A stretch of 64,000 nucleotides of DNA from Bugula neritina (lineage: Eukaryota > Animalia > Bryozoa): NCBI GenBank assembly GCA_964035545.1, contig OZ037765.1, positions 2,232,001 through 2,296,000 of the forward strand, in the 5' to 3' direction. A model generated the notes under the pieces. The model saw nothing but the letters and a program-made list of their open reading frames with translations, ran no database searches and was not told where the DNA came from. Positions 25,894 through 39,600 of the stretch are shown here, piece after piece. The position numbers were made by a program, and so were the translations under genes. The first letter of the stretch is position 1. Every line of letters begins with the position of its first letter.

Positions 25894-26049
25894 CCACCTT
25901 GGTGGCACAGTATTAGCCCACCCTGGTGGTGCTAAAGATGATCACTTCGGTGATCAAGTTCACGACCACTCTGGTGGTCAGGTTATTGTCCACTCCGGTG
26001 GTCAGGCTAAAGTCCACTTATGTGGCAATTTTGGGAACCACTTTGGTGG
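25894..26049 (+). repeat. Array of 7 palindromic CCAC-N4-GTGG units at an exact 24-nt period with variable 12-nt spacers
   Basis: Units start at 25894, 25918, 25942, 25966, 25990, 26014, 26038. Confidence 0.9.
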
Positions 26050-26139
26050 TAAACCAAACTGTGTACTGTACATAGAGGTTGGTATTTTGTGTTATCAGGC
26101 TAATTGGTATTTTGGTGTTGCTGCTCAGCCCGACAAACC

Positions 26140-26288
26140 ACTCAGTTCCATGCACTACTTTATACAACTAAATTCCTCAAAGGGGAGCATGGAATAATAT
26201 GTACTCAATTCCATGTTTTGCTTTCTATTAAATCCCCAAAAGGGGAGCATGGAATATTAAGTGGTTCATCTCTATAAAAGGGAGGGCA
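26140..26288 (+). promoter_or_regulatory. Polypurine tract, present three times, each followed by the LTR start CATGGAATA
   Basis: AAAGGGGAGCATGGAATA (~26179), AAAAGGGGAGCATGGAATA (~26238), AAAAGGGAGGGCATGGAATA (~26276, abutting the 3' LTR). Confidence 0.85.
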
Positions 26289-26501
26289 TGGAATATAATG
26301 CGGTTTATAGTCTTTAGCAGATAAGCTACAAGCTAACCTGAGACGATTGGCTAACTGCCTTACAAGCATTCGGATTCCCTACCGGATTTCCTACCAGCTT
26401 GTACGGCTTGGATATTGGCTATTGTGAGAGTGAAAGTAAAAGTAAAGACTGCACGAGGGACTCTTACGCAGACTGTCGAGTAAGTAGGACCGTACATTAC
26501 A
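26289..26501 (+). repeat. 3' LTR
   Basis: Direct repeat of the 5' LTR, preceded by the PPT and followed by the TSD. Confidence 0.95.
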
Positions 26502-28611
26502 GTATATTGACTAAGCAAGATTTTTAGGCTTTAACAAAGGCGTAACACACTGCCTTCTCACTTTCCCACCTCTGTAGCTGATCTAGACTATATACAGTTG
26601 CCTTTCAGATATAAAAAAGAAGCTCTTACACAATCAGGTACAGCAGTGGAGCATTTTTCCTCGAGTAGTTTAATGTACACAATATACTTTGCTGTCAAGC
26701 ATTCACCTATTTTTCAGCCCTAATACGCGATTTCTATAGCAATCTCCTCTGCACTTTGCTACTATACTGCCTATTAAAAACACCCATAGCTCAATATCCA
26801 TAGCTGTACAGCCCGACAGCTTTCTAATGCATGGTTACTTGTACTAAGAAAGTTAACCCCTTGTATTCTACTTGCTCTACAGCAGCTAACTGATTATTCA
26901 ACCTATCAGCTTGCTATTTAGTTTCTAGCTAATCCAATAATCATTATTTTAGCAGATCGCAGCACACTTACTATTAAAGGACACGTGATTAGCTTTGCAA
27001 TAGCTCTACTGCATTGAAAGCTGTAATTTTATGACTTAGTACAACCACCAAATCTGCATCATATAAGCTTATTTAGAAAAGTACTGGTTAATGCTTATAC
27101 TGAATAGCTTCATCAAATTTCTAATATAGATAAATTAAAAACACCTAAACTTATGTGGCATTTGTTATAATATTACAATTTCTACCAGTTTTGTTATGGC
27201 GATTAGTAAACTTTAATTTCTTAATTCTGCAGGTCTTGCATACTGCTGGCCTTTATTAGACAAGTATATGCAAACCTCCATAGCTGTCTTGAACTGTATG
27301 CTGCTTAAAACTTGTCCTAAATCAATTATTATATCAACTTGACCACCATTGTATAGTATTGTGGTAACTTGTTGGTTATTGAATGAAATCAGGCAGAGAA
27401 CATAACTCTTTGTTATAAAAGAGACAAGAGAGAGTGTTGAAATAGTGTGTGTGCTGTATCTTCATTGTATTCTTGATCCTTCAAGTCCGAGCTCCAGTCC
27501 TCAAGTGACTGAAGCTCAAAAATGGGCTTCTTTTTATGCTAGCCAGTCAAAGGACTTCTAGAACCTTCAATCGACATTCGGTCCAACTGTAGGTTTACAA
27601 GGATCAGCAAAAATGAACCCAACCAGGTGTATGCGTATTGTAACTTGTAATAGACCATGTAAAACTCGGCCAATCAGTGAAGTGTACCAGGTCAATGTCT
27701 TACCATTGTAACTGATATAAAATTCTGCAAGTTCAATTGCAAAATGCATGCTTTTAAAAGCTAGTTGTGCAACTTTTCTTTCATGCATTATTTAATTTCA
27801 TATCTTAAATTGATGACTCTTGAAATGATTTTTTAAAATGTCTAAATTAAGTGTTTAAAAAATGCAATTAAAAATTGCATGTCTAGAAAAATGACCTGGT
27901 ACACTTTTGCAACTTAAGGCCAATTATTACATAACTGCCAGCTTAGTAGTTATTTGTTGTTGCAGCTTGAATGGGTTATTGTTTAGCATCGGAAGCTTGC
28001 AGTAAACATCTGTGAATTTGGTACATGACTTTGATTGGCTGGTTTTTGAATGGCCCTTTAGTATATGCATCTGGATGGCTGGGTAGCGTAGACTCCGCCT
28101 ACATCTAGCTAATGTACAGTAGCCAATCCACAGTAGTATTACAAAATTTCTGTTTAACAAATGAAATATTCTGGTCATTTGTTTTGTACATTACAATAGT
28201 AAATATTCTATTCAACTAGAATTTTATTGTATGTAAGCCATGGGAACTACTAAGAGGTTAAATCAACCACCCATGCTAGTAATATTGTTGCTCACAGTAA
28301 TAGCAAGTCCACACCATATAAATATACACATAAGCTATTATGTGCAGCTTATGAATGCTGAAATGACCCCATTTCTTACTTTCAATTTGAAAAAATTGTA
28401 TTACATATTCTGCCACTTCTGCACCAGGAACTTGTTTTCCTTTTAAATTTTGAAAATAGTAGTCAGTTTCTGCAGCAGTCAACTGCATCCACAATAAACA
28501 ACGTAAGCTTTCAAATAAACTATAAATATATGAAATATTAGTGTGGAAACAATGTAATTTATTCATTGCTATGATGAAAAATTACAAGAATATTATATAA
28601 AAGCTAGATAT

Positions 28612-29405
28612 AGATTTCTAGTAAAATGGCACAGGTAAAAATAACACATTTTTACTTCAAATTTTAAATTTCAACAGTCACCAATGGTGGCTGTAGATTA
28701 CAGAGAGCATAGCAGACTATCATAATCATAATCATAAGGATGGTCAGCCCACTGAGCAAAATCCAACTCCAACCCTTCATTTGGGTTACCAACGCACTAA
28801 AGCATATAATGTAAGACGCACAAAAAAACAGTGGTTTTAATGAAACATGTGAAGGAAGCGAACAGAAAACGTCTTCAACAGAGTCAGCTGATATAGAGCA
28901 ACAGAACTCATCTGACAGCCATCCTCATAGTCAGATTTCATCAGAAGTAACTGAGTTACCAGAATCATCAACTACTCCGAAAAAAAGATCTGCACATTCT
29001 ATTGATAGACGAAAATCAAAAGTTGGAAGAAAAAGCTCAAAAAGTTCCACATTTAAACAAAAAGCAACTATTGAAAAAGTAAAAGTTTTTAAAACTTTCA
29101 CCACTACAGATGAGCGAACTAAATTCTATACTGGAATACCTACACGTTCTCTATACTATTTTTTAGCAAGGTAAAAATTATGATTTTCTTATTGCAAAGA
29201 TAGACTATGGTTTATTACAAATAAACAGGGAAAGGGATTAACTATTTACTACGCTAAAAGCTTAACAATAGCTATAGCATTTAAGGTAATAGAAAGTTAC
29301 GCCACAGCCTTAACTATAACTACGGTATCTAGAAAAATAGCCATAAGTAATGTGTCAAGGGGGATAACTCTGATATTTACCACGGTATTATTTCATAGAA
29401 TTTCT
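28612..29405 (+). mobile_element. Degenerate, internally deleted ISL2EU/PIF-Harbinger-like DNA transposon
   Basis: 28739-29170 reads DGQPTEQNPTPTLHLGY (THAP-domain C-terminus) then, after a frameshift in an A7 run, ...DERTKFYTGIPT (FYTG motif); imperfect TIRs flanked by AT. Confidence 0.55.
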
Positions 29406-30292
29406 ATGTTTCTGAGATTTGGTGAAAGTAAAACTGCACCTAAATGGTGTGTATAAAGGTTACATCATGGACAACAAAAGTTATTTTTTGATAAAAAATA
29501 ATATAGTCAATAGACATGAAACCTGTTTTGTATTCAAATATAACCTTGTTTTCAAAAACCATCTCCACCACGTTGAGATATATTTGTAGACTTTTGTCAT
29601 TAGATTAAATAACTTAATTTTATAGTGACAGAAATAAATTTATTCTTCGAGTTGTTGCGATACTTCCGATTCTTAGGTAACTCAACAAAAACTAATAACT
29701 TGCGTGCCGAATACTTGCAGACATAATCGAATTCGATTAAAAAACTTACCACCTCGAGGGTTAATAATAACCGCAATTTAGTACCAAGCAGTAAGAGGTG
29801 TGATTTGATTGGTTTATGATAAAACTTTGATCCCCTGGAGAGTTTAGTGTAACAAATGCACATGTTAATATGTTTGTGTCAATTTAATATTCAATGAAAT
29901 CTAATCCATGCAGATAGTATGGATTTTTATAAATAATCATTGAATATTTATAATAATGTTGCAACATGCTATTGAACACGAGGGTATATTCAACATTTAA
30001 TGGGAAATAGTATCACTTCATTTATCACCATGACATGGGATCAGGTTAAAACCGCTGTTTTTGTTGCTAGAAAGTTGGGACCAAAAGAGAAGCTGATAAT
30101 AAAGTCTGATTCGAAAGAGGTTTTACCCTGGTAAGTGAGAGATTGTAGCATTGGTATTCCACAGTAGATCTAATATGATGAAAAAAGTTTTTAAAAGTTA
30201 TTACGACTTTGAGTGTATAAATTAGTATAACTCCTAGGATGTTGAAGGGCCAGGAAAGCTGTAGCGTGGAATGTAGCATTGAGCTTCCCCAA

Positions 30293-30368
30293 TAGCCCCC
30301 ATAGTGTAATGGTTAGCACACTGGCTTGTAAGTCAGAGGTCTGTGTTTTATTTTTTATGGGAGCAGAA
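30293..30368 (+). mobile_element. tRNA-derived SINE family A, degenerate
   Basis: TAGTGTAATGGTTAGCACACTGGCTTGTAAGTCAGAGGTC...GGGAGCA, homologous to 33945-34020. Confidence 0.6.
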
Positions 30369-33300
30369 GTTTTTACAGCCATTAGTCACAAATATTGACA
30401 TCAGTATTTCTATAAATATTATATACTACAGATCTGCATTATCTAGTCTTTACTATTCAAATGTGTAGAATTATGATAAATATGTTATATTGCTTTCGTA
30501 AAAAAGATATGAATGGGTTAAAACGCCATATACATAAACCATTAGCTATGGAATGTTTCTCAGCTTATTTTCTAAGAGCTTGTAGAGCTACAATGCTATA
30601 ATACAATGCATGATTGTACTACAAAATGCACAAGTTTTTTACCACTTTGGACACAAAAGTTGATTTTTTGTAATTAAATTTTTTACATTATTACTAAAGG
30701 CACAGAGAAGAGAAATTTACCCAAAGTATTTCTCACTGCTGCAGCAAGTATTGCAGTTTTTTTCTTCCATGATACTGAAAACTAGCCTGCAACAATATCA
30801 ACCTTGTCTTAGTTTCTATTAACATTGTGCTTATAATAATAATAAACCCTTTTATGTAGATATATAGATTTAAAACAATTTCAATCTATTCAAAGCATTT
30901 AAAGACTTGGGACCATAAATAAAGACAATAACACTATTTATCAGGAATAGTAGGCTTTCTCTTTATAGATTAGAAACTTTGATATGATTTTTGAAAGTGT
31001 AGCGATGCACCTAGTGTTTTGATTTTAAACTCTCGAAAATAATCTTAAATTAGAAGAATGTTGCTGGGATTTATGCCAGTAGTGAACAGAAATCTTATAG
31101 CTAACTACTAAAGCTATTACTCTATGCTACCTACCTGTACTTTTATCCACGTGCCATGAATACTCGTGCTGCCTCTTGCTGCTGCCGTAATATACGCTTT
31201 ACTTCTGTAACCTCATCTTAAACTGCGTTGCACATGATTTCACACGTGCTGAAATTCAAATCTTAAAATATTTGCCATATGATCAAATACTTTAGATTTT
31301 ACATTTTGACATGTTTATCTTGTATAGGTTTTATCATTTATGCATGCATTATGCATAATATGCATATGCATGTATAAAATAGCACTGTTATATGTATATT
31401 ACATTTGTATTCATTGCTATAAATAATCAGCAATACTAGAAGTTATAATTAATTGAGTGGTAATTCAGTATCAAGTAACAACATATTATAGTCATATTTT
31501 ATTGACATGGACATACTCGATGGTTTGGAAAGTTGAAAAAATGTTCATATCTATTAATAACTTCAAAATGAATTTTTAGGATTTTTTGTATGACCATTAA
31601 CAACAGTAATTTCACAAATTCAAAAAGCTCTAAAACTGCCAATAGTGTCACACTAATAGGTTTCTTAGACTAGCTATGGTAAGGGGAGACAAAACTTGTC
31701 TGGAGCTGATGATGCAATCATTTGAAATTATTACTTCACTTCTAACATAGCAGTTTGTATTTCAAATGCAAATTTTATCACCTATAGAAGTATTGGTATA
31801 TTATAGCAATAGAAGGGTTGAGGTGTATAATACTATTCATTATGAAGATAAATCCATCAGAAAAATAAATATTAGATAATGTGCAATGAATATAGTGTAG
31901 CATATAAGATGCATTGAAAAGGTTGATTAACTTCTCATAATATTGATTGAACATTACATTTTTTATTTTTGGCTAATAAATTGAAGTTTACAGAAGCATG
32001 GGAAAAACAATATCTATTACGAAAAGTTTATAAAGAGAGAAATACATGCGTTGGGACACTGACATGTTTATAAACTAAACTAATATAATAATAATTTCTG
32101 GAAAAACAAGTATGTTTCAAATTAACCTCTATTGGCTTTGAGTACAAAAGATGAAATGCATATAACAACATAATAACACATGGTAACTTTCTAGGCTTTA
32201 TATTATATGCTATCATGTGATAGATAAAGCCTTCAATATTTCTTGCTATATATTTCCACTATTCATAGCGTAGTTTGAATAAAGGGGGGGGGGGAATTGT
32301 TGATGGTATGAGAGGTTATGTAGGACTGTATATACAATACTTCATTGATCTTTATACAAAATATATATGTATAAGTGAGAAATTTATTGACCTACAGTAT
32401 AGCTGTTCTACTAGTCAAAAATGAATATCCGAACCAAATAGATAAGAATAATATAATAAATAAAACTAATGAATGTTGGCTTTAGAATGGAAAAATACAA
32501 AACTTTGCTCGAATTTCGTGGTCACTGAAACCCAACACTGCTATGTCAGCATTTCAGGTAACAATGGACACATAACTCTTAAAACCAGCAAAACTTTAAC
32601 AGCATCAGTCAAAATTTGACAAAATCACTTCTTCAAACAGACTTATCTGACACACTAAGATAGGAACAGCATAGCAAGGTGTTTAGTGATATATCAGCAT
32701 GACTCATCAGAGACTGCAGACATTAGAGTGATGGTCATAGCTGTCTGTCATGCCACGCTGCCGGTACATGCTACTGTGTCAGCTTCTTCTGACTGGGCGG
32801 CAGCAAAGGAATCATATTGATTATTCATATGAGTTATTGATAACTTGTTGCAGTATCTTGTCTATCCAGGGTAGCCAACTGAATTGCGGCTACATTCTAG
32901 TTCTGTGCTGCAATTATTCAATACACTTCACTTTTACGACATCAATTTAATAGAGGGAATGGCATCTTGCATTAGTTTGTATCTTTGTGTAAATAATCTC
33001 GCATTTCAAATGCACTTACATTGTCATTAATAGTTACCAAAATTATCAACCTTTAGCTCAATTTTCATTCACAGTTTTATTTCATTATAATATTATAAAG
33101 CTAATATTTGTTTTTTAGTATAAGGTAATTGTATAACATATTTTACTTCTAGTGACTTCGAAAAGTATACATCTACTAAAATAACAAAATACTGTTTGAT
33201 AAAATTCAACTTTTGGTTATTTTTAGCAAAAGTATTGCGGTTTTTTCTCTTCAAAATAAACATCGTTCAACAACATCTAATAAAACAGCCATCACCTCAT

Positions 33301-33679
33301 ATGTTGGTGTCATTAACCCGAATAGAAGAATAATCAACTGTTAAGTCATAATCTTTAGGGAATATGGGGCTATGTATGCTGCCACATGTTATGATGTGTT
33401 ATGCAGTTAATATGACTTGTTGTTTTGACAATAGTTGCTATGATTGTATTGTTGAAAAAGATTCAAGAGAGATAATCAATAGCGGCCATCTTTGTTACGA
33501 ATATTAAATGAACTTTCTCTACAATGATGGACATTGATTTTTCCAAATCATTTGTTTGGTTTGTCGCCATTGCTTAGAACACGGTCAGTTCCATTGCTAA
33601 AGGTTGGGAACTAGAAAACTAGCTCTTGGTGAATTTTTAGCCCTTTTTTGGCATTAAACCATCTTTTGAGTAAGCTAAA

Positions 33680-36600
33680 ATGCCTGAGAGGATTTCTCCA
33701 GGACTGGGTAACCGACTAGGCTCTGACTTGTCTCTGCTAAGTGGTACTTCTTCTGCTAATGGCAGGACCGCAGATATAGACATTGCGTTCCTCGAACCTC
33801 TACAGAAGAAGTACGAGTGCCCGATATGTGTGAGAGTGCTGAGATACCCGGTACAGTTTGAAACCTGTGGACACAGATGCTGCTCTTCATGCCTCCCTGA
33901 ACTTCTCAGGTAAAAACATACTTGTAGTCTTGAGTTTACCCAATGGTCTCCGTGGTGTAATGGTTAGCACACTTGCTTGCAAGCCGGAGGTCTCGGGTTC
34001 GAATCTGGGTGGGAGCAAAATTGTTTTTTAATACTGAGACTTGATTTACTCTAGACATCAAGGCTACATTTGATTATTGTTATTCAATTTGTATTGCGTG
34101 CTTATTGCTGTGAAGTTAAAACATACATTAGTTGCCCATTTATACTCTATAATATGCTCTAGTGGTAGAGTTTTTCTAGCTGTACTATGCTTGCATTTTA
34201 TTCTGTGCCACAATTCTGTTTGTAATATCAGTTTTCATAGCACAGCTTTTACGTCAAGTGTTTTACTTTCAAATGTTTGAAGTTTACAACAGCTAAAAAT
34301 TGTTCTTATCGCAACACTACAGTACTGGAACTGTAAGGCTATATTTAACATTTCTGTAGTAATCTGTTTCTAATGCAATTAAGTAGTTTTACCTCAAGCT
34401 ATTTCGTCAGCTTGACTTCAGAGTTTCAAAAAGCAACAGATTTGTCTAGATTTACTTTACCTTAAACATCATTAATTAAGCTTTGTTTAACATTTAAATT
34501 GAGTTATAACTTAGCCTAGGGTGCTAAAAAAGTTAGAATTTGTACTTAACCAATGCAACTGTCATAGATGTGCTGCAACTATCAAAGCTGAGAAAGTATT
34601 GAGATGAAAAGTTAGAATGTTCTATTATGCAATGCTGACTTGAATTTGTTTTCTACTTTCAGGATTGCTCCGAGATGCCCTATAGACCAATCAGAAGTTA
34701 AAAGAGACATGGTAAGTATTTTATTATCAACTGCTACTATTAACTACTACTTTTAACTGCTAATAATTACTGCTACTATAAAAACTGCTATATACTATTA
34801 ATTGTTACTATTAACTGTTAGTATATTAACTGCTACTATTAACTACTACTATTAACTGCTATGTACTACTAAATTCTGTTGTTATTGATAGTTTATTCTA
34901 ATTTTTCATCTTCATTATAATACAGTTTCATTTATATTATAAAAAGTCCCACAATATGATTTTGCTCAATACGAATGTAAAAGTGTTATAATACATACAT
35001 ATAATATACATAATCTATTGAAGTTATTTTGATACAATGTTTTATATAGTTTTAGCAAATTGTGTGCACCTGATAAATAACTAAAATTTCTTGAAAAAAA
35101 ATGTACCTATTCGGTCCTAAATTTTCAAAAGTGTTAGAATATTTGGACAAATTTTTGTATTGCACGGATATTTTTGGTCAATGTAAAATGGACGCTATTG
35201 ATAATGCAATAAAGTGTGAACCAATTGCAAACTAGCAATATCGAACATAACTATGATGCCAATAATGTGTGCTTACAATAAACAATATTATTTTGATATA
35301 TAATATCTATAATACACATTCTTCAGTATTCCTTTCCTTTAATTATGATATGATATTACCCAGTGTGATGAAATAACAAGTTATAATCATTTCACTAATG
35401 TGTTATAGAAGCACATAACAATAGTCTGCTGCGGAATTTGCATTATCACAATGAATAAGCCATTTCATTGAGATCAATATTCTAAGTATTGATCCCATTC
35501 TAGTCAACATATAACTTGTTTTTCTCGACAAGCAAATGCTATAATGATTATAACAAATGCTAATATTTGGGTATATGAGAACTTGCTGACAAACAACTGC
35601 TACAGTAAATTATTGCAGCGTTTTAGTAAAATATTCTTGAGCTATATGTGACATTGTGACAATGTTAAATCCAACTAATATTAAAAAATAATCTCATAAA
35701 ATTATTAAATAAAATTAAAATACATTTCAATTGCTTTTTTGCTTGTATAAGATGTTTTCAAAAAGTCATAGTACAGCTTTCAGGCATGTTCTATCGTTGT
35801 TTCACACACCATGTTTGTATCTACAGGTAAATGTGGACAAAGCATTTACAAAGGAAATAGAAGCTCTTGGTGTGAAATGCGCCAACCATCCCGCAGGATG
35901 TAAATGGAAGGGAGTTCTCAAAGACTTCTATGTAAGTTACAATTCTTGCAGCCATTAAATCATCACATCACAGCCTTCAACTCTTGTAGAGTTTTGAAAT
36001 ACTTGACTTTTTAACAGCTGCTTAAAAATACATAAAGTAAAATTTAATTTTTTCCAACATATTTTAATGGTTCAAAGCTCAATACTGACATAAATTTTTT
36101 AAATAATCTCATTTTATTCTTGCAAAAATTATAATAACTCAACATTTATAAGTTCTATTTAATAATCAAATTTAATTGGCAAATATGACTCAAACTAAAT
36201 TTACTAGAATCAAAGTAATGAACAGAAGTGTTAGTTATTGTGTTTCAACAAGACGTATTAAACAATTTTTAATTGTAATTATATGTTTCTTGTAAGATTA
36301 TATAATTGATAATGTTCTGAAAATTTTTATGTTAGTTATATTATCAGCTAAATCCTATATAATACTTGTAGTAAAATGTGAATGTAGACAATAAATTTTG
36401 ACAAAATGAAAATTTTCAATTGAGTCAGTTATGAATATTAGGAAATGGCCTTAGTATTGTTTGATAATAATGCAATACAATAATAATGCAATTATATAAT
36501 AGAGATTTATTTTTCATTTCTCATTTCTACATTTTATTGCCATGATTTTCAGATGCACTACGAGGATTGCAAGTACTTGTCAATTCGCTGCCCAAGACAA

Positions 36601-39600
36601 TGTGGAGCTGAGTTTGAGAAGAGATTCTTAGACAAGCACTTGAGAGATGACTGCCCAAAGAGAGACATGACTTGTGAATTCTGCAAAGAGACAATAGCAG
36701 TGGACGAGGAGATAACTCACCTTAACACGTGCAAACGATTCCCTATACCTTGTCCTAATGGCTGCAAGAAGAAGGAGATTCCTCGTGAAGAGGTCAGTGC
36801 AACTGCTATTTACTACATAAAATGTGCCTTGATCTCTAAATGCAATACTTTTATATAGTACCACATGCAGTTTGACTATCAATTGTGTGTAACGAACTTA
36901 TTTTAAAATTGTTTTAGAAAATATTCTACTGCTGGTCAGTCATTTAGTTCAAATTACAATCAATATCCAAGTTAATTACTGGTCTATTCACATTAACTCA
37001 GACTCTGGTTCTTGTTTTGAACAAAACATTGGAACTCTAACAAAGCTGCTTTAACAAATAAACTAATGCTTGAAGGTCATTAAGTATACAGTAGAGAGCT
37101 AGGACCTGTGTTCTCAGAAACTTGAATTACTTGAGTACATACTTGATACAAACAAAATTTTCAATGAAAAGACTATTTTTCATAATAAGAATTTATAAAT
37201 AGTAGGTGATGTAAAATTATGAGAAAACTCAGTTAATGTAAACAGAGAAGACCTATTTCTCTTTAGAAGCAACTGTGTAACTTTGTTATAATTTATACAG
37301 CTATACATCTTCACCAAATACTTGCATAGAATTGTCTGCGTTTCTGTGCAAAATATAGCCTACATATATGCTATTAAATCAATGCATTCCAATTAGCCAT
37401 ATCTTGCATACACGATATGCGAGTACATGTCTATTTCCTATATTAGTATTGCGACAGCTCATTTCCTGTTCTTTGAGTCGCGTAATAATGCAGCCGAGTC
37501 ACCGAAGAGATCACTTAAGTCATTTGTAATGCAGGTTTTTGTAATGAAAACTTAGCAACCTTACAAAAGCATTGCACATCAATTAAACTGGTGGAAGATA
37601 AAAGCGAATAAAATATAATAGACATATTATTATAGGCTCTATAAACGGTTTTGCATAAATATTTAAATACTTAACAGTAACCTGTGCATCAGTATATTGC
37701 ATCAACATAAACTGACCGCTTTACCAAGAATTATTGGAATTAAATTGGACAGGAAATTCAAAGAATAATAACATATGCAACACATCACAGCATGCAGGAA
37801 TATTTTTCAAAGCAGTTGGATGAAAAATATTGATTTTTGAACAAAATGTGTTTGATTGTAATCGAATGAGTTTGTAAACTCAAACATATTGAACAGGTAC
37901 AACTATTCAGTTTTCACTGCATTGATGGTAACTAAAATTGGACAAGTTTTTATCACAGTCTAAATGTAAATTTGTAAACATGTGCTTTGTGATTGGATAC
38001 CTTTTAATTTCTAGGCTCAGAGTCATGTAGAAGACATTTTAGCTTATATTTCTAATTGCTTTTATAAATCTTAGACGTATTTTGTTTGTGGTAAAATTTT
38101 TTCGAAACTCTGCAGCAAAAAATCAACAAAAGTGTGCTTTTCATCATCGAAATCTACTATTCAAAATGTTGCATAATAAATATATAAACAAAATGGAATA
38201 ACTTGGCATGTTATAATGCATTAATAGCTGGAAGCTCACATGGAGGGGGCCTGTACCAAGCAGGGCATCCCGTGTCCATTTTCCGAGTGTGGATGTGACC
38301 ACAGATGTGCCAGAAAGGAGATGAACAAACACATCAGAGACGAGCCAGTGAAACATCTGACCCTAGTAGGGCAGACAATTCTTGCACACAAGAAGACTCT
38401 GGAAATGCATTCGGAAATCATGGATTCCCAGGAAGAAAAGCTGGGTAAGACAATTCCCACTACATACAAAAAATATATAATAGTGGTTTTGTAATGGGAT
38501 CTAATCTTAAAATATATTTTAATACTACATTCTATGTTCTTTTCTGTTATACATTCATAATACACGTGAAATAGGTTGCTGTATTTCTTTAAAAAATATG
38601 AAAACTTTGATGCCATTGTTGAAGATGTTTCACTTTGTTGTATTTTAGGAACGTCCCTGACACGCCTCGATGCTTTAGAAAAACTGTATGGTTCTCAGCT
38701 TATCTGGAAGATTGACAACTATACTGAGAAGTTGGAGGAAGCAAAGGCTGGAAAGAAGCCAACAATATTTTCACCTCCATTTTTGACTGGCCGCTGCGGA
38801 TACAAAATGGCCATGTCATGCTGTCTCTATGGTGACGGGAAAGGTAACAAAGCAATACATTAGTTGTCTTCTCCTGACTATCGAGTCGGGGGGGGGTTTC
38901 TAGAATATTGTTTGTGATTTTCATGCCAAGGGAGTCCACTTTTAATATGCAACTTGTTATAGCAATAGGCCCACACAGTAACATAGCTACTGTAATGCAA
39001 ACCATAAATAACATAAGCTGTATATTTTCATTTCTGTCCACGCATCAGAGCAACTGTGAAACTATAGTTTATAAACCAATCCGTGATTGGCTTGAAAACT
39101 GTATAGCTTTGCAGTGACTTTGATGCACACATAGAAGGGTAGTGCATATAAATTAATGTCTATATAATAAATACAGGGCAAACAACTCCCACCTAAATGC
39201 TAATAATTGTCATGCATATAGCATAGTCTTGCTATATTAATATACATTTAAATTGATCATGGTAAAAATTAATGTTGAAGTAAATTTAGCATCATTCAAT
39301 TTCACAATTAGCAGTAAATATCAGCTTCATAGATTTATCAATCTTTACAAACGTCATGATCATTCACTATCTTGCACCTCTGTTATTGTATACATTGAGA
39401 ACATAATTGAAAGTTGTCCTCTCTTTATCTTCTCGTTCTCTAACAAATGTTACTCTAATGCAATATTTATGTTACAGCTCGTGGAAAACACTTCTCCGTG
39501 TTTGTATGCATATGTAAAGGTGAATACGACGCACTCCTGTTGTGGCCATTCTGTCATCGAGTGACCTTCACCTTGATCGACCAATGTCAAGATCCCGAAG

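Larger units (their letters stand above)
23726..26501 (+). mobile_element. Non-autonomous Ty3/Gypsy (Mag-like) LTR retrotransposon encoding Gag plus protease only
   Basis: TG...CA LTRs of 214 and 213 bp; GTATA 5-bp TSD (23721-23725, 26502-26506); PBS; PPT; single gag-pro ORF; no RT, RNase H or integrase. Confidence 0.93.

Noticed and set aside
25894-26049. CRISPR array
   Set aside because: 12-nt repeats and 12-nt spacers are far too short, spacers are partly related, there are no cas genes, and the context is a eukaryotic retroelement
25847-26197. 116-aa HxGG-repeat protein or pol remnant
   Set aside because: GTG start with an in-frame stop just upstream, no RT motifs, and substitutions preserve hairpins rather than residues
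27411-27705. Possible solo LTR
   Set aside because: No TSD, PBS, PPT or second copy visible
33945-34017. tRNA gene (TGC anticodon-like)
   Set aside because: Acceptor and anticodon stems do not pair and degenerate copies are dispersed; treated as a SINE head
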